From Mayamaea pseudoterrestris (lineage: Eukaryota), in the NCBI GenBank assembly GCA_027923505.1, contig BROI01000033.1, positions 62,001 through 126,000 of the forward strand: DNA of 64,000 nt, written 5' to 3'. Below are positions 1 through 11,063 of the stretch, piece by piece (position 1 is the first letter of the stretch; each line of letters begins with the position of its first letter). Under the pieces are notes generated by a model that saw nothing but the letters and a program-made list of their open reading frames with translations, was not told the DNA's origin and made no database searches. The translations under genes were made by a program, and so were the position numbers.

Positions 1-2
1 TG

Positions 3-2732
3 GACCTTTACCAGCGCACTCTTGATACGCTCGACTTTCCACGCATTCTACAAGCACTTGAGGAGCAGTGCACAACGGTACCTGCCAAGCGCATTATTCA
101 AAAGCAGCTGCATCAAAGGCAACCTGGTAGACTAGTTGACAACGAGAAAGTGGAGCTACGTGAAGCAGTGCCGACGCTCATGGCTGATACCGTAGACGGT
201 AGCCGCGAGCGTTATCAGGCCGTCCGAGAACTGCAGTGGCTGCAGATTGGAAGCACACCAACAACGGATTTGTCGCGCGTTTCCTATCGCAACCATCGAA
301 ACTACAAACAATCCGTCCTCAACTTTCCGTATGCTTCAAGCAACAGTTTTGATTTGGAACTCTTTTTCCAAGCGACGCAGCAAGGACGGGTGCTGCAAGG
401 TGCGGAGATTCGTGCCGTGGCCGACATGATGGAGTCGCTACAGAATACAATACTTTGGGGCGAAACGCTCCAAGAGCATGTTGGCGATGAATTCATTGCT
501 TTGCCGAAAATGACGCAGCAAATTCCTTTCAACGAAACATTGTACACGCTCCTGACGACGGCGCTGGAGCCCGACACGGACACGTTGTCGGGTAAAACGT
601 TTCCGCTCGTGGCGCAACTATGGTCTCGGGTGCGCTCCCTGCGAGCCGACATTTTGCAAACACTGGATGACTTGCTTTCCAAACCATCCATGCGACGAAA
701 TTTGGCGCTGGATTCTGGAGGTGCCTTGTACTCGGAGATGAGCTCGTCGGGTCGGTTGGTGATACCCGTTGATAGCAGCGCTGTCAAGAACAACATGGGA
801 ATTGTTCATGACACTAGCCGGAGCGGCAAGACTGTCTTTGTGGAACCGACGCAGATTGTTGGTCCGACGAATGAATTGAGACAAGCCGAAAGTGAGCTTC
901 AGCGCGAGGAAGCGCGGATATGGCGGTTGCTGACGGAACAAATAATATTGAACCAAGAATCTTTACTGGCTGGTGTCAATCGAGGCGTGGCACAGTTGGA
1001 TTTAGCGAGGGCTAGGCTACAAGTTGGAGAAATGATTCAGGGTGTCATTCCATCTGTAGAGGATGAAGGAGTCATTGTGTTGGAGAATGCCAAGCATCCA
1101 GTCTTGCTGCTGCGTCGAGTTGACAATGTTGTCGGAAGTGACGTTGATCTAGGACGTGGTGAGAATCAAGGATTGGTTCTGACAGGACCAAATAGTGGAG
1201 GAAAGACTGTCATTTTAAAGCTGCTTGGTCTTATGGCGCTCATGGCTAGATGTGGAATTCCAGTGCCTGCCGATGGAGCAAAGGAACGTGACGGTGAAGT
1301 CGTGTACATTCCCCGTGTTGACTGCTTCAAACCTGTCTTGGCGGATATTGGTGATATTCAAAGTGTCGGTGGCGACTTGTCGACATTTTCTGGACACATG
1401 CTGGTATGCCGCGAGGTTCTCGCCGAATCGCAACGTAATGCTTTGGTTTTGATGGATGAAGTAGGTTCAGGCACTGACCCAAACCAAGGTGTGGCGCTGG
1501 CACAGGCTTTGCTTGAGTCGTTATTGGAGACGGGTGCTCGTGTGGCCATCACAACCCACTTTATGCAACTGAAACAACTCGCTTCCTCAGACAACCGTTT
1601 CTCGGTTGGTGGTATGCAATTTGTCAATGGGCGACCGACATACAAGCTTATACCTGGTGTGGTGGGCGAGTCTTTTGCACTTTCCGTCGCCGAACGCCTA
1701 AAACTTCCGCAGAAAGTAATTGACCGCGCCAACATGCTGCTGGATTCTGAGACGAGGCAGATGGGTGACCTTATACGCGGCCTTGAAGATCAAAAAGTTT
1801 TGCTGGATCAGCAGTCGCTTGAATTGGAGGAGAAGCAAAAGGAAGTAGCTCGTTTAGAGCAAAAACTTGTCGAAGAAAAGATACGATTAGAAAAGAAACA
1901 ACTCATTGCTCGGAGAGAAGAGGCCAAAAAATTTGCCAAAACCCTTGAACTGAAGGAGCAAGCTTTGGAAGACTTACTTCGGAAGCTCAAGGAAGATCCA
2001 TCTCGACGCGTTGTTGCCAAAAGCTGGGACGAAATTAAAGTAATCAAGCGTGACGTAATGAAAGAAGCAGAGAATGTACCTAGTGTATTGGCTCGCAAGC
2101 AGCAGAATGCCGCTGTTTTGGATAATCTCCAAGCCGAGCTTGTTCCTCTCGCAGACATGGATGAGCGACCGGATTTCCAACCCGGTGACATGCTCATGGT
2201 ATGCAAACGAGGCCCCTTGTTGGGTCTTGATGCAGAGTTTGTGAGTGCATCGGGCAAGACAATCAACGTTAAAGTTAACAACATGAGCATGAACTTGAAA
2301 ATGACCGACCTGTCTCTACCCGGACAACTTCCAGCATCCATGGCAGGCATCAATCAACCAAAAAAGATCCAAATGACTGCCGCAGAACGAGCGATTGCCA
2401 TGGAGCGAAAGAGCAAGCCAAAGTCTGCATCTCCTCCGCCAAACACCCGTTCATCTTCCAGCTCTGGCGTCACCTTTCGCATCGAGTCGAACACAGTAGA
2501 CGTACGAGGCCTCACCTTTCACGAAGCTCAAGACAAGATCCGCACCAAGTTTAGCTCTGTTTTAATGTCGCGACAGACTGTGGTCTTTGTCCTTCATGGG
2601 CATGGCACTGGTGGCGTGCTGCGAAACAAGATTCGAAGCTGGCTGCAATCGGAACGACAGCTGGTAAAGACATTTGAGTCAGCCGATGCAATGGATGGAG
2701 GTGATGCATTTACAAGAGTCGAGCTGAGATGA
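3..2732 (+). CDS. mutS2: MutS2-family endonuclease/ATPase (MutS domain V + coiled coil + C-terminal Smr), 5'-truncated by window edge
   Basis: Frame open from nt 3 (DLYQRTLDTLDFPRIL, MutS2-like N-terminus); Walker A LTGPNSGGKT; DIGDIQSV..LSTFSGH; LMDEVGSGTDP; ITTH; Smr domain VDVRGL...VLHGHGTGGVLR...GGDAFT. Confidence 0.93.
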   Translation, partial: DLYQRTLDTLDFPRILQALEEQCTTVPAKRIIQKQLHQRQPGRLVDNEKVELREAVPTLMADTVDGSRERYQAVRELQWLQIGSTPTTDLSRVSYRNHRNYKQSVLNFPYASSNSFDLELFFQATQQGRVLQGAEIRAVADMMESLQNTILWGETLQEHVGDEFIALPKMTQQIPFNETLYTLLTTALEPDTDTLSGKTFPLVAQLWSRVRSLRADILQTLDDLLSKPSMRRNLALDSGGALYSEMSSSGRLVIPVDSSAVKNNMGIVHDTSRSGKTVFVEPTQIVGPTNELRQAESELQREEARIWRLLTEQIILNQESLLAGVNRGVAQLDLARARLQVGEMIQGVIPSVEDEGVIVLENAKHPVLLLRRVDNVVGSDVDLGRGENQGLVLTGPNSGGKTVILKLLGLMALMARCGIPVPADGAKERDGEVVYIPRVDCFKPVLADIGDIQSVGGDLSTFSGHMLVCREVLAESQRNALVLMDEVGSGTDPNQGVALAQALLESLLETGARVAITTHFMQLKQLASSDNRFSVGGMQFVNGRPTYKLIPGVVGESFALSVAERLKLPQKVIDRANMLLDSETRQMGDLIRGLEDQKVLLDQQSLELEEKQKEVARLEQKLVEEKIRLEKKQLIARREEAKKFAKTLELKEQALEDLLRKLKEDPSRRVVAKSWDEIKVIKRDVMKEAENVPSVLARKQQNAAVLDNLQAELVPLADMDERPDFQPGDMLMVCKRGPLLGLDAEFVSASGKTINVKVNNMSMNLKMTDLSLPGQLPASMAGINQPKKIQMTAAERAIAMERKSKPKSASPPPNTRSSSSSGVTFRIESNTVDVRGLTFHEAQDKIRTKFSSVLMSRQTVVFVLHGHGTGGVLRNKIRSWLQSERQLVKTFESADAMDGGDAFTRVELR

Positions 2733-2926
2733 TGCCTCTCTTGTTGAAATGTGCCAGATCGTTAGCGCTGCCCGAGGGAGTGACTGAGCCAAACGCCAAA
2801 CCGAACCGACAGTGCTCCGAACTTAAAGTCGTGAGCTACACGTGAGATACAGACTTGCAGTTTGTACATTTTTTAATATATATTTTTGATTACAATGCAT
2901 CTATTCTATTCCTCTAGCGATGTCTA

Positions 2927-3619
2927 TCAATTGCCTTGCAGCATGACTAGCGGACTACATGGCCCCGACTGACACTCAATCCTATTCCATAGCATATTTG
3001 CCACTGTGCTCCGGCTCTCAGGTCGCTGCATGTAGCAGACAAATATGGGAACATGTCTCTGCAAATTATCATGATCATGTCGTAATCCTTGGTCGCCGCT
3101 CTTGGTTGCAGAGTGCTGCCTGCTCATATTCTCGCGCTCCGCGACGGATGCACAGGATGACGGAACCGCCACGAGTGTCACTTTGCCTTGCAATATATCC
3201 ATTCGTGATACACCCCTCAATGATATACTCCTCCATATATCTTGACGCCAAGTTGCATTTGATTCGCGGTAATTTGCGAGAAACACAAAATGATCCATGG
3301 CAACCATTGCCGCCATCGACGATGCATTCAAAGTGCTATCCATTGATTCCACAAGATGGACATGCCTTCGTCGCATGATGGCATCTTTGGGCAGTGTTCG
3401 ACTTTGCAGCATGGAAACTGTGGCTGGTACTTTTCCGTTCATATCCGATTTATTTGCGTCGGCGTTGTCGTTCTGAACTTGCATCATGGCCTGAGCCAGG
3501 GGCTCGGTCAAGCGCAAATCGCCAACCAATAGAGTGTCGTAGCCAAGTACTGGTAGAGGAACTGATGCAGATGTATGGTTCATCAAGAAATATGAACTAT
3601 CAAGTGTTTCTCCAAGCAA
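2927..3619 (-). CDS. hypothetical protein, possibly the 3' part of a spliced or degraded gene
   Basis: 230-aa ORF with TTG start and an in-frame stop just upstream; no recognisable motif. Confidence 0.3.
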   Translation of the reverse strand: MLGETLDSSYFLMNHTSASVPLPVLGYDTLLVGDLRLTEPLAQAMMQVQNDNADANKSDMNGKVPATVSMLQSRTLPKDAIMRRRHVHLVESMDSTLNASSMAAMVAMDHFVFLANYRESNATWRQDIWRSISLRGVSRMDILQGKVTLVAVPSSCASVAERENMSRQHSATKSGDQGLRHDHDNLQRHVPIFVCYMQRPESRSTVANMLWNRIECQSGPCSPLVMLQGN

Positions 3620-4550
3620 GTTGTGTTGAGGAGCTCATCAGATCGCGCAGCGGCTTTGTCGTCGAAGAAAAATGTTGCATGTCGCGTAAAAACCGGAGCG
3701 ACAGTTCCTCATCGTTTCGTTGCGTCAAATCGAGGCCAGTTTAGGATGTAGATCATGTATGTATTGGACCAACGACTGTTACCTTTAAAAAAGCGTACAA
3801 TCGGAGCTCAGTTGCATTGCCAAAGACTTCCCACGGAAGCTTGCAAAGGGTGCAGAAGCCTGGTTGTATGTGGGGATCAAGTCATGGAGGTATATCTAAA
3901 GCATGCTCTTTGGCTTGCATTCAATCATGACATACTTGGGACCTATAACTTGCAAACGCGTACAAGCATGATTTGTCTACCCTGGACGGGGTAGCTATTG
4001 CATCTAACGAAATCATTGCATAGCTACGTTGGTTGAAGTTGAGCTTCGAATGCCACGCCATTCGCTTCGTTCGCACGACAGTGCAACAGCGCCACGCCAC
4101 AATGATACCCTCGCACGAATGCGCATCTGACACCATTTCAAATATTCGACTCCGAGTCCTGCCAATGATATGCACTGCGTCGATTCTATTGGCTCTTTAT
4201 TGGCATTCGTGTTGATTCGAGCCATGGACAAATCGGGTCGGATGAGACTTTAGTCACAAGGACTTAACGACTTAAAGGTGTCCCACATGGGCAATATAAC
4301 GACGAGCAGGAATGACTACAGGGCAGTTTAAATATAGGCATGGATGACTGCATAAACGACTGCATGGTCCGCAAACACCGAAAAAGACTTCTCAGACAGT
4401 GCGTCAATTAGGATGCGAAAGCCGCTGACAAAAAATCGGTGGCGCAACGACGATGCGCACCTTCGCACTTGTGGCGCGCACTCAAATCTTTGTGCCTGCA
4501 CTGAATGAACGCGACACAATTTTGCACTTCCTTCATTTGATTGCTTCATC

Positions 4551-5543
4551 ATGAACTTTTTGCCAATGCAAAGCCCTCTCCAATGGAATGGATACACTCC
4601 ACTCATGGATCCATACAAGTACCTTTATCCAACAGCACAGCCACAAGTCCCACTCTACAGCTTGGCGATGTACAATGGTGGAGCCTTCCAAGGAATGGAA
4701 CGCTTTCAAGATTTTCATTCACTCTATCCAGTGCCAGCCTCCTCCAGCGATTTCAAGGAATTGTCCCTCAAGGAGATTCTCGACCTTTCGGAAGACTTGC
4801 TGCTGGACAGTGACGACGAGGAAGACAGCAGCAGCAGCAACTACGACGATGATGACGATCCTCTCATGACAACTCCCATTCTTGAGCCACACATGTTTGT
4901 ACCGCCACCAATCCTTTCCAGTTGCGTCTCGAGAGACATTGTCCATCCCATTACTCCTTCCAACAGCAGTAACACGCTCGCCGACGATATGGAAAACCCA
5001 AAGAAGCGCCGCCGTGAAAGCAACAGTACAGCAGCATCAGTCTCCTCCTCGACTCCCCCCCCTCGCTTTCGCGAATACCAAGCCGGCAAATGGTCATGCA
5101 TGTTTGAGGAACTGTTGGCATACAAGGAGGAACATGGCGATGCTTGCGTTCCCTACACGTACAAGCGCAACCGTGCACTGGCACGCTGGGTCAAACGACA
5201 GCGATACCAATATCGCTTGATGGTCTCTGGCCAGCCATCCACCATGACGCAAGATCGCGCCAACGCCCTCGACGCCATTGGATTCTGCTGGGACTTTCAA
5301 GCCTCCAACTGGATGGAGCAGCTCGAGCAACTCAAGGAGTTTCAAGCCAAGCATGGCCACGTGCGTGTGCCGTCGCAGTACCCCGAGAATCCGTCACTGG
5401 CAGTGTGGGTCAAATGTCAACGAAGGCAGCACACGCTAAAATTGCAAGGCAAGCCGCACAACATTACCGCAGAGCGCATAGCAGTGCTTGATCAACTTGG
5501 TTTTGCATGGGAGGGGCGATCCTCCAAAAAGCAGCGAGTTTAA
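4551..5543 (+). CDS. helicase-associated (HA) domain protein with two HA repeats, putative diatom-type DNA-binding regulator
   Basis: W..MFEEL..YKEEHGDACVP...LARWVKRQR...LDAIGFCW and W.EQLEQL.EFQAKHGHVRVP...LAVWVKCQR...LDQLGFAW; acidic N-terminus and PKKRRR NLS-like motif. Confidence 0.9.
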   Translation: MNFLPMQSPLQWNGYTPLMDPYKYLYPTAQPQVPLYSLAMYNGGAFQGMERFQDFHSLYPVPASSSDFKELSLKEILDLSEDLLLDSDDEEDSSSSNYDDDDDPLMTTPILEPHMFVPPPILSSCVSRDIVHPITPSNSSNTLADDMENPKKRRRESNSTAASVSSSTPPPRFREYQAGKWSCMFEELLAYKEEHGDACVPYTYKRNRALARWVKRQRYQYRLMVSGQPSTMTQDRANALDAIGFCWDFQASNWMEQLEQLKEFQAKHGHVRVPSQYPENPSLAVWVKCQRRQHTLKLQGKPHNITAERIAVLDQLGFAWEGRSSKKQRV

Positions 5544-5854
5544 TAAGGGCAAGATGGGTAGAGACTAGAGACGTTTCCTGCGGGTCGCATTCATTGGAAT
5601 GCATCATTGTCAAAAAAATAGTACACCATAATTTAGAGTTGTTGTTCTGCGATGCATTCTTTAGTCAAAGCGCGTAGTTACTGTAAGTTTAAGCTCGTCG
5701 CGTGTGGACAAGCAGGCCGTGGTTGCCCAATCGGTCCCAAACAGTAGTGCGAGTCGCGTAGGCAAAGAATAAACCGGCGGTTGCCCCAAGGACGACGTCT
5801 AGAGTCGCCATGGACGAAACGATTCTAGTATGGCCAACCTTATTGGGCAAACCT

Positions 5855-8029
5855 CTACCAAACGACAATCGTGCTGAGTCGCATATACGCACCATCGCCC
5901 GAGACGCGAGCTCGAATCTCGTAGCGGCCTTGACTACTAGGAGGAAAGTAGGCGTTGCCGCCATCTGCTCCATGTTTCAAGAATGTTGCTGCAGAAGCTG
6001 TCGTCGTATTTGTGACTTTGAGTCCGTTAATTTCCATTTCGATCGCTCCAGTCGCGAATCCATCCTCGCGAACATCGCCTTCAGGACAACGCCAGCCACA
6101 GGAAGCCAATGCAATCATGACGAGGCCCTTGCGCGGTTCACCATTATCGTAATATTTTAATTCGCGATCGTTTGGAAACGTTATAGACTGCCAGCCATCA
6201 GTCGACGAGATCAAGTAGTAGTCTTTAAAGTCCTGGTTGAGCGGGACGACGCAGTCACGGGCACCATGAGATTCTTCAAACACCAGGCGCATGATACCAT
6301 CAGAATCAGAAGTATTACGGGCTTCGTCCACTTGCATTCCCACATCATAGTCAATGTAGCTTGTCATCTTGTCGGCCCGCTCCGTCATGATTCCCAAGTA
6401 GCGCGACTGAGCGGGAAGTCGAGCCGTTCGACACCATGGCCGCTTTCGAACGACCAAATTCATGTCGATGCTCGGGTCACTGACAATGCCTTCCTTCGCA
6501 TGGACAGTCATTTCGCTTTGTTGAAACGTTTTATAATCCTCATCTTCCTCGACAGTCAGCGTTTTCAACAGATCACCCGGCTCATAGGACCCTCTGTCTA
6601 CAAGTCCTTGCACGGCAGCATCGAGAATGTCAAAGAGAGACAAGGCCATGATCGTCCCATACATGGCATGGTATTTCCTGCTCATGTATAGGAATGAACT
6701 GTTTAGTAAGACCGGCAAAACGCATTGACTCAAAAAGCGACAGACATGTACTACTCACCATCCAGGATGCCATTTCACCTTGTACTTGCGCTCCGGACAC
6801 ATTGGACTCCAGCGCTCCAAGCCGCAGAAAGGATCGCCAACTTCCATCTGCCCCTGACACTTCATGTTTCGCGACAGCGGTCCCATGGCTTGCAGCTCCT
6901 CCTCCGTTTTACCAAACGAATCGGGCAATAAGTCACCAACTTGATTCACCGTCTCCTCATTCAAGTAGAGCACCGGCATGCCGTGCTCCTCCAAATGCTG
7001 CATGACATCCAGTCGCGCCTGTCCTCGTCGTCCGACGGCATTCAACGCCACCATGCCGGGGCGATTGGGATGAATCGCCGCGTGCGCAAAGTAATTCTCA
7101 AAAATACCAAAGTTACTACCATCCGTCATGCCATAGTCCCAGCTCAACATGTCAATGTCGAGTCCAAATATTTGATCGACGCACGCCCCAATTTCCAATC
7201 CGCTCGACGTTCCGCCCATGGCGTAGTTGCGGCCCACGAAGCGCATTCCCATTGACGCAAACACGGGAGCCAGCAGCTGCTCCAGTCGCGCCGTGTAGGA
7301 CTCGTTGAAGTAGTTGCCGTGACCCGCCGCCGCCGAGTGTCCGCCCGTGGCCCATATGAATGGGACCATCATGGTGTCGCTGCCGTCTTGCAAGTGTCTG
7401 TTTTGTCGCATGTTGGATAAACTTTGCTCGTCGCTTCGCTGGTGCAACTGCCGTCGTCGTTCATCGTCGTCCTTTGCCCGCAGCTGCACTTTAAGTAGTT
7501 TCGTTTGCAGCTTGCGCACCATGCGATGGCGCGAACGATTCAATGGACTGGCAAAGGTTAGGTTGCGCGACAGAAACATTTCCTGGGCGGCTTGCGTTCC
7601 ATATTCGGCTTCGAGACGGTCATGAAATTGTTGCTTGGCTTGCCGTAGATTGGCTTGGAGCGATGGAACGTCAAACGCTTGTTTTGACAGAGATAGAATG
7701 ACTTGATGTTGATTGAGGTATGCGAATGGATCGTCAATGTCAATGCCGCTGGTGACCGGTATGGTGAGAAGCGTTCCAGTCTCCCTTGTCTCGTACAAAA
7801 GCGTTTCATTCTTGACTCTCGTGGAACCAAATTCCACTTGGTGCTCCTCCTTTTCCGTAAAGAGGGCGAGCAACAGGACGATAATTACGACCAGCGGACC
7901 AATGGTTTTGCAAGTCGACCGAAGAGCCAAGGACCACCGACGACTGCTGCTGCTGCCATTCAAACGAACTAGCGGCACTTGCTCGACGCTCGTCTCCAAA
8001 GACTGCTTGTTCGCCTTGTTGCCTGACAT
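5855..8029 (-). CDS. type II membrane protein with SGNH/GDSL-like hydrolase motifs, paralog 1; exons 8029-6759 and 6677-5855
   Basis: N-terminal TM (IGPLVVIIVLLLALF); GGHSAAAGHG, NYAMGGTSSG, WDYGMTD, WHPGW; GT-AG intron 6758-6678 joins TG|G to give WHPGWKYHAM; collinear with 18467-20971. Confidence 0.8.
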
Positions 8030-8282
8030 GGTAAGAGCAGAACCTGTGATATGTGCAACTCAATGCCCATGCAGTCTCGCGAAAAAAATGTCTGCAGGGC
8101 GCAAGCATCGGCAGTGGCATAATTGGGTTCGAGGTTTAGAAAGTCTTTTTGCTCTGAGTGATATTTTACTTTTCATGACGACGAAGCCAATCATTGTGAG
8201 TCCCGTAAAGACTCAACTGTGACATCAAAAAGCGTCCGATTCGTTGCTCGCACCACTCATCATCATCTTTCATCTTGTCACC

Positions 8283-10988
8283 ATGGCGGCATCACCAGCG
8301 GCACTGACGAATCGCTTTCGACTGCTTCAGTCGTGGCTCTTGCTCGGAGCGACAGTGCTTGTAAATCCTTCCGAGTCATTTCTGGTTCAATCTCATGATA
8401 TTAGCGGACGACGACAGCGCAACTGTTTCAACGCGGCATTGGCTACCCACGTTGTATCATGCTCCAAGCGCTCCCAATTGTTTTTGCAGCAACGAGATCA
8501 TGATGACCATCATTATTTCAGCATTTACGATCCCGACGACCGCGCGTGGTTGAATCATCAATGCAAGTCGCAGCAAGCCAATGTGGTGCAAACCATTCGC
8601 ACGGCCAGCAACGCGACGCAAGTCATGGATGCGCTCGTCGAGTCGTCTGGTTTGTCGCCGACGAGACTAACCTATCCAGTGGCGGCAGCAGCGTTGCGAA
8701 CATTGGCAGTGCTTGACAGAAGAAACATGAAAGTCTGTCGCAATAACAATGATGATGAAGCTGTTACAGCAGGAGCTGCTGCGTGTCGGCAAGATCATGA
8801 CAACGATCAGTCATCGATACGAGTGCAGCACGAACTTTTGCAAGCCATATACAATCATGTCATGGAAGATGCAAATGGCGCATTGGACGATGACCAAGAA
8901 ATGCGTCTCTACAGCCAGTATGCACTCGCGGATACGCTTGCTGCCATGGCAATGTTACAACAGAAGCAACGAAATGAAACACTACCTTCCGATACAGCAG
9001 ACAGCCATACACGTGTCAGTTCATATCTTCCAAATTCATCGTTACATGATCTTGGCAATCGCATTTGGTCACTACTCTTTGACGACTATGACGCTCCGTT
9101 GCCGTCGCCCAAACGCCTCGCAAACTGCTTGCTGGCGAGTGACAAGCTCGGCTTGCTGGATACATTGACGCCGCAGAAACTCATGACGCTCGATCGCCTG
9201 CATCATCGCCTGGCGCAGGGAGACGCCATGGGGGAGTTGTCGGGCCCAACGTTGGTGCGCTTGCTGTTTTTGGCGTTGCGTCAGACGCGCCACATGCCAA
9301 CGTATGCGCCAACGGAGGCGCCGCTGCTGCGTGTCTTGGCGCGTCGATTGCGCAAGGAATCTGTACGCAACACCTTGTCGACGCATCAGCTCATGCTAGT
9401 GCTGCGAGGAACTGTTGTGGCGACGTTAGCGCCATGGAGCAATGATGCGGAAATGGAAGCGCAGCTTGTCGAGGAGCTCAATGTCATGGTGTACACCCTC
9501 ATACGTCATGAAGCATTGAAGCGGATTGATTTAAGTCCGTCGCAATCCACTGACTTGCTACAAATTGTAATGAAGATGCATTTGCCGTGGGAAGACGTTG
9601 TTGTGCAACAGATAATGACTCGAATGAAGACTCTCGTCTATTCCTCATGCCCAACCAGCGCAGTATGGTTGCAACAATCAGCAAGTATGTTGGAAGCTTT
9701 AGCATACTGGAGACAAGATTTTGACACGGGCGCAACGTTTTTGCATGTTGGAGAAACACTTAGAGAGGATATACGTGCAGATGCTAAGGAAGCGACACGA
9801 AACGTTCGCCATGTGAATTCACTGCTTCGGTCCGCCGTACTCTTGCATCGTCGCGATGCAACAACCATTGCGCCCTACGTTGCGTTGGCAACGCAGCTCA
9901 TTGCGTACGATGACAAATTCTTGCAAGGATGTCGGGCCAGCGAGGTTGTGAACTTGGCATGGTTCTTGTTGCGCGGCCGTCTTCATGAGCACACGGACAT
10001 GGCTGATGAACTTGTGAACAAGTTGGCATACCGGTTGCTGCAAGAAGATGCCATTATTGCTTGTACTCCAAAGTTGGCAAGTCGCATCATCAGCAGCTTT
10101 ACAGATCTCTTTGCGCTACAAGCAGAGACACGCAAAATAGTGCAAGACGATGGTTCGGCTGCTACCGGTAGTCAAGTGTTATTGTCGCAGCTCTTCGATG
10201 CGTTTGGAAGCCATTTGCTTTCCGTGGCCGCACTATCTCCAGCGGAACTATCTTCGTGCATCCACGCCATTGCAAAGGCATCGTACACGAGCAACAGGGG
10301 GATATTTGATTGCTTAATGGAAGAGTTTACGCAGAGACTTTACGCCGGGGCCACTGTTCGGCAAGCGACCCAATGCTTGTTGGCTTGCGCCAAAATGATG
10401 GCATGGGAAGATGATGATTTCGTTGAAATCGGGACACCACCATATTCGCAGCATGCACATGCCTTCTGCCGGTTTATAGTCCAAGAGCATGATTCTCTTT
10501 CAAGCCAAGATGTCAGTCAAGCATTGTGGTCTGTGGCTCGCCTGCGAATCGTTGACAAGAGCTTGATTGATCCATTGTTTGACCGAGCCAAGACGCTTGC
10601 TGGGGTGCTTTCAATGCAAGAAATTGCAGGCATTCTCTCGGCGATGAACAAACTCGATTATAAGCAATACGATGTTGTTTACGCTATTACGCGACGTCTT
10701 GCAAACACATCCGAAATTCGAAAAGAACAACCCTCCCCGCAAGAATGCTCTGTCATTTTACATTCTCTTGCGTGGATGGACATACGCGACGATGCGATAT
10801 ACGAGGCTCTCACGCAATGCATGCTGGCTCAGATAGATCAGACGAACGCACAGGCAGTTGCGACGGTACTCTGGGCACACGAGACGGTACATATATCGCC
10901 TCCGCAGCTGCTGCTTAACAAGTACGCCAATGTGAAACTTGGCATGGCGCCTGCAGTGCGGCGAAACAGCGTTCAGGAAGCCTGGTAG
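8283..10988 (+). CDS. helical-repeat (OPR/FAST-kinase/RAP-associated-like) protein, probably plastid-targeted RNA-binding
   Basis: ~900-aa ORF; signal peptide ending SES-FLV (ASAF-like); C-terminal degenerate repeats SSQDVSQALWSVARL, SMQEIAGILSAMNKL, SPQECSVILHSLAWM, NAQAVATVLWAHETV. Confidence 0.6.
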   Translation: MAASPAALTNRFRLLQSWLLLGATVLVNPSESFLVQSHDISGRRQRNCFNAALATHVVSCSKRSQLFLQQRDHDDHHYFSIYDPDDRAWLNHQCKSQQANVVQTIRTASNATQVMDALVESSGLSPTRLTYPVAAAALRTLAVLDRRNMKVCRNNNDDEAVTAGAAACRQDHDNDQSSIRVQHELLQAIYNHVMEDANGALDDDQEMRLYSQYALADTLAAMAMLQQKQRNETLPSDTADSHTRVSSYLPNSSLHDLGNRIWSLLFDDYDAPLPSPKRLANCLLASDKLGLLDTLTPQKLMTLDRLHHRLAQGDAMGELSGPTLVRLLFLALRQTRHMPTYAPTEAPLLRVLARRLRKESVRNTLSTHQLMLVLRGTVVATLAPWSNDAEMEAQLVEELNVMVYTLIRHEALKRIDLSPSQSTDLLQIVMKMHLPWEDVVVQQIMTRMKTLVYSSCPTSAVWLQQSASMLEALAYWRQDFDTGATFLHVGETLREDIRADAKEATRNVRHVNSLLRSAVLLHRRDATTIAPYVALATQLIAYDDKFLQGCRASEVVNLAWFLLRGRLHEHTDMADELVNKLAYRLLQEDAIIACTPKLASRIISSFTDLFALQAETRKIVQDDGSAATGSQVLLSQLFDAFGSHLLSVAALSPAELSSCIHAIAKASYTSNRGIFDCLMEEFTQRLYAGATVRQATQCLLACAKMMAWEDDDFVEIGTPPYSQHAHAFCRFIVQEHDSLSSQDVSQALWSVARLRIVDKSLIDPLFDRAKTLAGVLSMQEIAGILSAMNKLDYKQYDVVYAITRRLANTSEIRKEQPSPQECSVILHSLAWMDIRDDAIYEALTQCMLAQIDQTNAQAVATVLWAHETVHISPPQLLLNKYANVKLGMAPAVRRNSVQEAW

Positions 10989-11063
10989 ATTTAACATAAT
11001 GTTGGCATTACGTATTCCCTCATCTGTAAATTATACGTATACTATGACTAGTTAAGAATGCAA

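Noticed and set aside
3620..4231. Possible frameshifted upstream part of the 2927-3619 ORF
   Set aside because: Only short minus-strand fragments with no recognisable homology or clear splice sites
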